Below, in pieces: positions 42,171 through 49,854 of a stretch of DNA of 64,000 bases. The notes beneath the pieces are model-generated. The model searched no databases, had not been told where the DNA came from, and saw only the letters and a list, made by a program, of their open reading frames with translations. The first letter of the stretch is position 1. The number at the start of each line of letters is the position of its first letter. The translations under genes and the position numbers were made by a program. The DNA comes from Nitrospinota bacterium (GTDB lineage: Bacteria; Nitrospinota_A; UBA7883; JACRGQ01), in assembly GCA_016212275.1 (NCBI GenBank), contig JACRGR010000017.1:25316-89315 (forward strand). Direction: 5' to 3'.

Positions 42171-43421
42171 GTGCCGACACTTAAAAGACATAAGACACGA
42201 TACCCGGGAGTGCACTACATCCTTAACTCCCAGGGGCGGAAAGTCTTCTACATCATCTACTGGATAAAAAAAAACGCCGGCCAATTCAAAAAAGTCGAGG
42301 AAAAAGTCGGCGACGCCAAACGCAACGACATGACCGCGGCGCGCGCCGCCGCCATCAGGTCCCGGCGAATGTCGGGAGAAGAAAAGTCCAACCGTGAAAT
42401 GCGGATCGAAGCCAGAAAAACGGCGGAGTGGACCATCGGCCGGTTGTGGGAGGAATACCGGTCGCAAAAAGGCAAACCTCCGGACAAGCCCAACTATCAA
42501 ATTGGGACTTACGCCGACGCCGATTATTTCGCCTATGCGGGGCATTTAAAGGAACGGTTTGCAAAGAAACACCCCAGTGAGATCAGTTCGATCGAGCTGG
42601 GCCGTTTCCGCAATGAAAAACTCAAGGCGCTCTCACCGCAGTACGTGAAGCACTGCCTGACATTGTTGGTGCGCCTTGTCCGGTTCGGCGCGAAACACAA
42701 GTTGGTATCCCTGTTCGACTTCCAGGTTGAATACCCCCGTTTTGACAACAAGGTTACGAATCCGCTCAATGCCATGCACCTGAAAGCCCTGATCAAGACA
42801 CTGGCCGAATATGAAAATGCCCATGCGCGCGCGGTGGTCCTGACAGCCTTGATGACCGGACTGCGCCGTGGCTCCATCCTGCGCTTAAAGAAAAGCGACC
42901 TTGATTTCGAGCGGGGGACCATTTACCTGAACAGACCAAAAGGCACGCCAACCGGGGCAATTGAAACGATCCCCTTCCCTCTTCCCTTGCAGGGAATTCT
43001 CCGCGGTCTGCCGCCAAATGATTCGGATTACCTTTTCCCGGGGAGGGGCGGGGATTTTATGGTTGACGGCAAGCGCCACTGGATTGAAATTAAAAAACGT
43101 GCGGGACTGGAAGGGTTCCGATTTCATGATCTTCGGCACACCTTCGCCACCTTGGTGGCCGCCAGCGGCCAAGTGGACATCCGGGAACTGCAACGCCTCT
43201 TGCTCCACAAATCATTTGAAATGACCTTGCGTTATTCGCACCTACTCGATTCCCGGCTTCAGCAGGCATCGAACACCGCCTCGAACGTCATCCTCGATCT
43301 TGCAAAGGAGGATGAAGGTGAAACAGTCCCACGGTTTGGCTTATTGCCGGCACTTTCCCCGTCCGACATGAAAGACAAAAACTTCAAACCCGTCAGGAAG
43401 GGATCGGGAAAGACGAAATAG
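42171..43421 (+). CDS. int: Tyrosine-type site-specific integrase
   Basis: The C-terminal catalytic motifs are present (…HDLRHTFAT…LLHKSFEMTLRYSHL). It lies next to the tRNA fragment. Confidence 0.85.
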   Translation: MPTLKRHKTRYPGVHYILNSQGRKVFYIIYWIKKNAGQFKKVEEKVGDAKRNDMTAARAAAIRSRRMSGEEKSNREMRIEARKTAEWTIGRLWEEYRSQKGKPPDKPNYQIGTYADADYFAYAGHLKERFAKKHPSEISSIELGRFRNEKLKALSPQYVKHCLTLLVRLVRFGAKHKLVSLFDFQVEYPRFDNKVTNPLNAMHLKALIKTLAEYENAHARAVVLTALMTGLRRGSILRLKKSDLDFERGTIYLNRPKGTPTGAIETIPFPLPLQGILRGLPPNDSDYLFPGRGGDFMVDGKRHWIEIKKRAGLEGFRFHDLRHTFATLVAASGQVDIRELQRLLLHKSFEMTLRYSHLLDSRLQQASNTASNVILDLAKEDEGETVPRFGLLPALSPSDMKDKNFKPVRKGSGKTK

Positions 43422-44286
43422 CTTCCCGGCTCACCAGCAATGGATTCTTCAGCCTGGGAACCCTTAGGCCCGGAGAAAAGCACATAAGCTCGCTCCCTTC
43501 ATAATGTTCTCCAGCGCAATACGGAATGCCATAGGTGATACGATGAAAGCCTGAGTAAAGTTTCCTAATAGTGGGGGCGTTGTCATATGAAATAACCCAT
43601 GGATGTGAAATGTGCTCCCTTACGAGGGTCGCCAGCGTCACATGATCTTCGGCATTGTAGAAGTTTTCGTAGAGGTCCTGTCCTTTTACGAAATAAGGGG
43701 GGTCGAGATAAACGAGGCCATTCTTTCGAATAGATGGGATCACGTCCTTGATGAATTCAAAAGCATCCAGGTTGTAGAGATGTATTCGTTGTTTATAGCG
43801 GGCGATCGTCCGGATTTTTTCTTTGAGGGTGGCTTTATTGAACCGGGCGTCGATTTTCCACTTGCCGGTCTGTCCTTTCCCCCCGATTACCCCACCGCTC
43901 AATATTCCACTGCGGTTGGTACGGTTCAGAAACAAAGCGGCAAACCCCAAGTCCTGCAAAGTGTGTGAACCGGCATTCCGAAATACCTGTTGTTGCTTTT
44001 CCCATTCTTTCATCGTTACTTTAACCTGATCGATCCGCTTGCACAGATCATCAGAATGGTTCTTTGCCGAGAACCAAAAGGCGTAGATGGCCTTATTGAT
44101 ATCATTAAGGTAGATGGCCCGGGCATATCCATGAAACAGCAAAGAAAGAGCGAGACCGCCCCCGCCGGCGTAGGGCTCGACATAATGCACATCGCCCAGC
44201 CTGTTTGTCCTGATAATCAATTTAATAAAGTTGGCGAGGCGGCTTTTCCCCCCAGGATATCGCAATGGCGTATAGCTTGTTGGCAC
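43393..44286 (-). CDS. Dam-family N6-adenine DNA methyltransferase (orphan or cargo)
   Basis: It contains 'RYPGGKSRL', FxGxG-like 'VEPYAGGGG' and a 'DPPY' catalytic motif. Confidence 0.8.
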   Translation of the reverse strand: MPTSYTPLRYPGGKSRLANFIKLIIRTNRLGDVHYVEPYAGGGGLALSLLFHGYARAIYLNDINKAIYAFWFSAKNHSDDLCKRIDQVKVTMKEWEKQQQVFRNAGSHTLQDLGFAALFLNRTNRSGILSGGVIGGKGQTGKWKIDARFNKATLKEKIRTIARYKQRIHLYNLDAFEFIKDVIPSIRKNGLVYLDPPYFVKGQDLYENFYNAEDHVTLATLVREHISHPWVISYDNAPTIRKLYSGFHRITYGIPYCAGEHYEGSELMCFSPGLRVPRLKNPLLVSREAISSFPIPS

Positions 44287-44350
44287 TCATCAACCTCCCC
44301 AAATTGGCGCCAGTTTAACAGATACGCCTAGTGGTTGGCCATAGGGTAAT

Positions 44351-45712
44351 TTATATGGATCCTTCCAGTATGGAAAAGAACCCTTCCAAATTATCCCACG
44401 CTCTTTTCAGGTCTTTAGGCGATGCCTGATAGAGGTAATTATGGACATATGTATGAAAAGTATCAATTGAAGCAAAATGATGATCGTTTGACAGCGCTTT
44501 ATTAACCGCCTTCTCAACATTTTTATCAATTGTTCCTTTGGAAGCCAGATGCTGAAGAACAGCGGTGGTTTTTTCCTTAAGCGTCGCCCCTTTTCTCGAT
44601 GATGCCTTTACAGCGAGTTTATGCTTATCTTTATAGGCATCCACACATCCCTCAAAAAATACTCGAAAGAGCACGGAAACCGCGTTTGGGTATTCCTCCA
44701 CGGTCAATGACCGTAGCTCATGGTAAATCGCATTCAGCTTTTTATTGACTATCTCGATCTTGAACTGTTTTGGGATAAGCTTTTTCCGGTCGATGGAGCG
44801 TTGCGTTTGACGAGTTGTTGCGGCAACGGGAGCGCTTTCCCCCTCCCCGCCCGATTTTTCAGGATCGCCGTCAAGAACAAAAGGGATTGCCGCCTTTTTG
44901 CTCGAATCAAACAATGTTTCCTTGACCAATTTCTTGACGTACGTCTCACGCTGATCCTTGCTCTTGATATCATCCACTTTCTTTTTGCCGCCGGCCAGAT
45001 CCAAAATCATCCGTTTAAGGGCTTTGCCAATTTCGGAATCGTCGGTCACGCTTTTTAAAGCATCACCTTCAATGATCAGCCCCAGGAGGTCGCGGACGGC
45101 TGTGTCGTTCAAAAGACGGGTCAGATTGGTAATAGGAAAATCCTTCACCTGGTCATTGGCGACCAAGGCGTTTTCTTTGGCCCAATCCAACACCTTTATT
45201 GCATAAGCATCCTGCCCCGCATGCCCAATGCGTTGGTTAAAGCGTTCTCTTTCTTCCGCCCCCCAAGGCACGGTTCCCGCGCCCTCATGCTCTCCGCCAT
45301 GACGTAGCCGTACCCAGTGTTGCGCCGCATCAAAATCCTCCGCAATAACGCACTCTATTTCATCGGGAACTGAATGGGAAGGACTCTCCTTAAGTTGCTT
45401 TAGCTTTTTTTTGAGTAATTCATCCGGACATTTATCAACATCAAGAAGGAGTTGAAGGGCGGTAATCCTTCGATTTCCTTCCGCCACGATAAAATGCCCA
45501 TCATCTTCCTCGGAAGGGTAAACGAACACGCCATCGATTGGGCTCATCCCATGCTCAACGATATCCTTGGCAAGGCTGTATATCTTGTCTTTTATTTCTT
45601 TGAGCATCCATTCGACGATTTCGGGCTGGCTATTCTTTACTCCATGCCGGGCGTTTTGCGGATCAAGCAAAAGCTGGGTTAGCTGTATGGGTTTACGTTC
45701 GTATCTTGACAT
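44351..45712 (-). CDS. ParB/Sulfiredoxin-like nuclease-domain protein with a long C-terminal extension
   Basis: It has an N-terminal ParB-N-like motif (…FIVAEGNRRITALQLL…) and is 453 aa. Confidence 0.6.
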   Translation of the reverse strand: MSRYERKPIQLTQLLLDPQNARHGVKNSQPEIVEWMLKEIKDKIYSLAKDIVEHGMSPIDGVFVYPSEEDDGHFIVAEGNRRITALQLLLDVDKCPDELLKKKLKQLKESPSHSVPDEIECVIAEDFDAAQHWVRLRHGGEHEGAGTVPWGAEERERFNQRIGHAGQDAYAIKVLDWAKENALVANDQVKDFPITNLTRLLNDTAVRDLLGLIIEGDALKSVTDDSEIGKALKRMILDLAGGKKKVDDIKSKDQRETYVKKLVKETLFDSSKKAAIPFVLDGDPEKSGGEGESAPVAATTRQTQRSIDRKKLIPKQFKIEIVNKKLNAIYHELRSLTVEEYPNAVSVLFRVFFEGCVDAYKDKHKLAVKASSRKGATLKEKTTAVLQHLASKGTIDKNVEKAVNKALSNDHHFASIDTFHTYVHNYLYQASPKDLKRAWDNLEGFFSILEGSI

Positions 45713-45715
45713 TGT

Positions 45716-45937
45716 TCATCTTCTCCTCGCCCAAAAGGGCCATCTCCGCGAAAGACATAAATAACACGGGCGAAAACCAGCGCCACGCGCTTCGCCTTCT
45801 GATTGAAAAACGATCTTATTGGCCTGGGATATTTTCTGAGCTTGCCCGCATGATGGCTTATGGAATATTTGATGTTGACTGGAAGCCCAATACCCTCCGC
45901 ATATAGCGGAAAGGACCTTTTCAAATACCCCCATCAT
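45716..45937 (-). CDS. Stand-alone Ada-type Zn-binding (methylphosphotriester-sensing) domain-like protein
   Basis: It contains 'FHKPSCGQAQKISQANKIVFQSEGEARGAGFRPCYLC', which matches the Ada N-terminal Cys4 Zn pattern (…PSC…F…GFRPC..C). Confidence 0.4.
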   Translation of the reverse strand: MMGVFEKVLSAICGGYWASSQHQIFHKPSCGQAQKISQANKIVFQSEGEARGAGFRPCYLCLSRRWPFWARRR

Positions 45938-45939
45938 GA

Positions 45940-46737
45940 TTATTTAAATTCCTCCAACGACACATTCTGAAGAATATTACGCAAATCCAAAAGTGGCTCC
46001 GGCAACATTCGCCATACGAGACGCTCCTCGCCGCCTATCGCTTCAGAATTATTGTCCTTGCCCGGGAAATATTGACCGCTTCTATTTGGACGGGCTAGTC
46101 GGACGAACGAATGTGTGTTGTTATTTTTCACCGCCGATTTATTCACGAGCTTCAGGATATTTTCCTTAATCGCTTGCGGAACCTCCTTTAGCACATCGAT
46201 CAACTCATCCTTAATATCCCCTGCGGTCTTATATTCCGTCCGTAACCGCACTTGGCTATCTTTTTTCCAAACAAACCCGGCTCCATCCAATAGGCAAAGA
46301 TGTTCCCTTGAAAGCCAAAAGTAATCGGGAATTCCAGGTTGATAGCCGTCACCCGAGACTTCGACAAAATAGCACACGAGGAAGGAACGTGGTGTGCGAA
46401 GTAACAGATCATAGTCCGCCCTTTTAAGGATGAACTCTTTCCCTACAGTGCTCCGATGCCCCCCAGAGGTATCGCATCCCTTCCAATCACTATCGGCTAT
46501 CCGCCTTGATTTGACTTGGAAATATAATTGCTGCGGTATAGTCAATTCGGGCTTTGGAACGCAGACCATTTCTGTGTGGTTAAGGGCAATGATGTCGATC
46601 CCAATATCTGCGGCGGGCTTTGCAACATCCCAACCCATCATGTTTAACGTGCTCATCGTCAGGTGTTCAACCCCAAACCCAAAGTAAAGGTCTTGGATCT
46701 TTTCCCGTTCACTTCGCAAAACGGTCCTCCCCGGCAT
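45940..46737 (-). CDS. Hypothetical protein, possibly a PD-(D/E)xK-like nuclease
   Basis: It is 265 aa and is the first gene of the minus-strand operon. It has a weak 'DIGIDII…QVK' motif and no confident domain. Confidence 0.3.
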   Translation of the reverse strand: MPGRTVLRSEREKIQDLYFGFGVEHLTMSTLNMMGWDVAKPAADIGIDIIALNHTEMVCVPKPELTIPQQLYFQVKSRRIADSDWKGCDTSGGHRSTVGKEFILKRADYDLLLRTPRSFLVCYFVEVSGDGYQPGIPDYFWLSREHLCLLDGAGFVWKKDSQVRLRTEYKTAGDIKDELIDVLKEVPQAIKENILKLVNKSAVKNNNTHSFVRLARPNRSGQYFPGKDNNSEAIGGEERLVWRMLPEPLLDLRNILQNVSLEEFK

Positions 46738-46816
46738 CTGTCATTCCTGAGGACCATCAGGTAATAATCTAAGTTGCCCCCATTTCTCAAAAGCGCGGTC
46801 TTTGGCCGTCATTGGG

Positions 46817-47224
46817 CTATCCGGCCTTTTTTTTACGGAGCGCCCCTCCGGGCGCGCTTTTAAGAGCGGCGATCACCATAGCCTTGGCCTCCGGGGACGC
46901 GGCGTTAAAAAGCGCCAGCAGTTCTTTTTCCTCGGTTGTAAGGATCGATTCACTATTCCCATTGCCCCTAGAACTTGCGTTCTGCTTCAACATCCCACCC
47001 TCACCAGTAAGCAACCAGTGAATATTGACCCTTGTATTTTTTACAAGTTTCAAGCAGGCGTTATAGTTGGGCTTTGTTTTCCCTTCCAAGTAGTTTTTAA
47101 TCGAGTCGGGATCAAGACCGATAGCCCTTGACACCTCGGAGTAATTCAACTTACCGCTACCCGTGATTTTATCGCTGTATTCCTGCTTGATAAGCATTAG
47201 GAGGCGATCCTTAAAAGCTATCAA
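46817..47224 (-). CDS. Phage CI/XRE-like HTH repressor
   Basis: It contains '…NYSEVSRAIGLDPDSIKNYLEGKTKPN…'. Confidence 0.5.
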   Translation of the reverse strand: MIAFKDRLLMLIKQEYSDKITGSGKLNYSEVSRAIGLDPDSIKNYLEGKTKPNYNACLKLVKNTRVNIHWLLTGEGGMLKQNASSRGNGNSESILTTEEKELLALFNAASPEAKAMVIAALKSAPGGALRKKKAG

Positions 47225-47666
47225 AACAGCCTCCGATTCATTTCGGAATTACGCTTGACATTTTCCGATATTTATCGGAATATATCCCCATGCAAGCGGA
47301 AGGATGGAATATGGGCCGGAGCGGGATAGAAGAAAAAAGAAGTAACTTGGGGGTTTCAGGCGCACCTGAGAGCCTCGGTCCAGTGCTTCCGCTTGCAAAA
47401 TGGAAGTCCCGTTGCTCCCTGGGCCCCCGGTTATTTAATTCAAAACGCACACGCACATCTCCCCTTGCGAGTTTCAAGGGGAATCCAAAGGAATGCCCCC
47501 CGCTGGAAAAGGTTAGTCCCAAACTACCGGGCGTAACTGCCCGGAATCCCTATCCAGCGGGGAATTTTACCACGAAAGTACGGGATTTTGTACGGATTGT
47601 TACCCTAAAGGAAATCAGCGAGTGCGTCCCCGATGCAACCCACGCCGGAGAGGCGGACTTTGGGAT

Positions 47667-47906
47667 TCAGTGGAGGAGACGCGCGGCTACGGTCTGGATG
47701 ACGAGGAGCGCCACAAGCCACTTGATGATGTCATATTTCATCTCCGCCATCTCTTTGCGGAGCGTTTCGATGTCCTTCTTGGTGGCAAGGTCGGCGTGGG
47801 TCTCCTCGATGTTCTCTTTGAGGACTTCGGCCAGTTCCCGCGCCGCCGCATCGGGCATCGCGTGGCTTTTCAGCCGTTCGTATATTTTCAGGGTATCTAC
47901 AGCCAT
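47667..47906 (-). CDS. Small coiled-coil protein with a C-terminal TM segment (DUF1640-like)
   Basis: It contains 'MAVDTLKIYERLK…' and the hydrophobic tail IIKWLVALLVIQTVAA. Confidence 0.3.
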   Translation of the reverse strand: MAVDTLKIYERLKSHAMPDAAARELAEVLKENIEETHADLATKKDIETLRKEMAEMKYDIIKWLVALLVIQTVAARLLH

Positions 47907-48032
47907 GGGCGGATTATCGCACCATTCAGCCCAAAGGCGCAAGAGCCCGACACGGTTCCCCGTCCATCCGAAGACTTTCCAAGTAAAGTTCTATCGCCTC
48001 TTTGATGTTCTTGAAATAAGGACGCGGGAATC

Positions 48033-48281
48033 ATGAAAAAGATTCCCGCCGCGCCCATGATCCCCACCCTTGAATTCAAGGTCTACTACGTGCCATCGCT
48101 ACTCAAGGAAGGCGATGTGGCCACGATACTCGGCATCTCGCCGCTTACGCTCAGAAACGAGCGTTCGCGCGGCAAGATCAGCATCCCCTATGTACGGATC
48201 GGCCGGCTGATCCGCTACCGTATCGAAGACCTAAACAGCTTCATCGAGCAAAACCGTAAGGTTCCAATGGAGGTTGCATGA
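48033..48281 (+). CDS. xis: Excisionase/AlpA-like HTH (MerR-superfamily HTH_17) protein
   Basis: It contains '…DVATILGISPLTLRNERSRGK…YVRIGRLIRYRIEDL'. Confidence 0.55.
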   Translation: MKKIPAAPMIPTLEFKVYYVPSLLKEGDVATILGISPLTLRNERSRGKISIPYVRIGRLIRYRIEDLNSFIEQNRKVPMEVA

Positions 48282-48447
48282 CAAGCGAAACCTCCCCCTT
48301 ATACCTCTTCTCCCGGCTTGCCGGAGCTTACCCCGCTCCGGCGGCCCCCCCTAAGTCAAAAAGAAGTCCATGTGACTTTTCCTCCCTGAAAGCCGGGCGG
48401 AGTGACGCCCGCCCGGCCCTTCTCCTTTTGGATGAAGGTTCTTTACC

Positions 48448-48669
48448 GTGAAAACACGACATCGCGACAATAAGCGGCTCTTGATTACGTCTGCGAAAGC
48501 AGGCGGGCATAAGTGCGCCAACGGCGGTGAATGGCGAACGTGCGTGGATTGCGACGGGAGATTGCACGAGATAACCTGCACCAGCAGACTTGACTATCGC
48601 ATTGACTGTTGTGAGAAACGGCATAAGGCACTAGGACTGCCAGTTGTCATATCCGCCAGGGAGCCGTAA
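48448..48669 (+). CDS. Small Cys-rich (putative Zn-binding) protein, copy B
   Basis: The core 'LLITSAKAGGHKCANGGEWRTCVDCDGRLHEITCTSRLDYRIDCCEKRH' is about 94% identical to copy A. The shared DNA identity (~90% over ~170 bp) lies on the opposite strand. Confidence 0.45.
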   Translation: MKTRHRDNKRLLITSAKAGGHKCANGGEWRTCVDCDGRLHEITCTSRLDYRIDCCEKRHKALGLPVVISAREP

Positions 48670-48672
48670 AAA

Positions 48673-49368
48673 ATGGAGGGAGAAGGGAAATTAACCACAT
48701 TCATAAAGACTCCCCTCCCCGTCCCTCCGATGCTGGAGGAAGCATTCGGCTACGCCGGTTGCAGGCGGTATGTTGCATTCTACTGGGAGCCGTTCGGCGA
48801 CGAGCTCGCCTGGTACGACGGCGAGACGGGGGTGGTTGGGGCAAACTGGCCATCATGGATCGCGCTCATGCACCATCCCCTTTACCGGCTGGTTTCCGGT
48901 CATTTCAACTTCGGCAGTTCAAACGAACTTTGCACCCACTGGCTGGTGCTGGACCGCAAAGACCGGCAGTTCTACATAGCTGACCGGGACGAGGCCGACC
49001 GCTTCATGAAATCAACGAATGAAGCATGTGACCCGGCATACCGTCCGAGGCAGTCTTCCACGGCGCTCGACCTGGACGGCTTGGCGGATGAGATCAAACG
49101 CGGCGAAGGCGCCGTTCAACGGTTGTGCGACTGGCTAAATGAAGAAATGGTACGGCTGATGAGCGCCACGGAAACGCTTATTGCGCCGGGCGGTCCGGAA
49201 GCGCGATGTATCCATTGCGGCTGTTCTGACGACCTGGCGTGTATGACGCTTGAAGGGCCATGTCATTGGGTATGGGTGGACCGCAAAACAGGGAGAGGAC
49301 TTTGTAGCGGTTGCCACCGATCCGAAATCGCACCTGGCAACGGGCAACCGCTCATCATTCCAGGGTGA
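48673..49368 (+). CDS. Hypothetical protein with a Cys-rich C-terminus (CIHCGC…CxxxC…CSGCH)
   Basis: It is an ORF with good coding appearance and no assignable domain. Confidence 0.35.
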   Translation: MEGEGKLTTFIKTPLPVPPMLEEAFGYAGCRRYVAFYWEPFGDELAWYDGETGVVGANWPSWIALMHHPLYRLVSGHFNFGSSNELCTHWLVLDRKDRQFYIADRDEADRFMKSTNEACDPAYRPRQSSTALDLDGLADEIKRGEGAVQRLCDWLNEEMVRLMSATETLIAPGGPEARCIHCGCSDDLACMTLEGPCHWVWVDRKTGRGLCSGCHRSEIAPGNGQPLIIPG

Positions 49369-49391
49369 ATTTTATGAAGGGAGGTGACGGG

Positions 49392-49730
49392 ATGAACAGA
49401 GTGTACGAGAACGTAAGCGGATTTGTTCGGGGATTGAGGAGCCTCGCCGGCAAGGGTTCCAGGCCGGACGTGGTTATCGGGACCAGGATGATGCCTGGCC
49501 GGTGTGGCTTTCGGGAATACGTCGTGTACTCGGCGGAAGCGACAACCTGTGACGGGAAGATCAGCCTGGAAGTATGTTGCGGCGAATTGAATGGCGGCGT
49601 GGTGGACCGGATCACGGCTTCCGCGGTGGCGGATGTGCATCAGCGCATCCAAACGGTCTGCGCCGAAATCGGCATGTACATCATAATCAAAAAAACCGAA
49701 CCGGAAACGGCGGCCGCGTCCAGCATATAA
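49392..49730 (+). CDS. Hypothetical protein
   Basis: A GAAGGGAGGTGA RBS precedes the ATG. The product is 113 aa. Confidence 0.3.
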   Translation: MNRVYENVSGFVRGLRSLAGKGSRPDVVIGTRMMPGRCGFREYVVYSAEATTCDGKISLEVCCGELNGGVVDRITASAVADVHQRIQTVCAEIGMYIIIKKTEPETAAASSI

Positions 49731-49854
49731 AAATTCAATAAACGGAGAAGTCAATAATGGGCGCGCGAGGAAAGAGAAAAAGGAGGCGGATAAACGCCTG
49801 CTTGTGCGCCCGGGAGAAGTATTTGCGTTAACCATATAAGGGGGGAAAAGAAAT

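Noticed and set aside
47290-48036. A 248-aa + strand ORF and a 127-aa ORF between the repressor-like and xis-like genes
   Set aside because: They have low-complexity Arg/Ser-rich translations with no RBS or domain. The minus-strand 80-aa coiled-coil/TM ORF within this region is more gene-like, so only that was kept, at low confidence.
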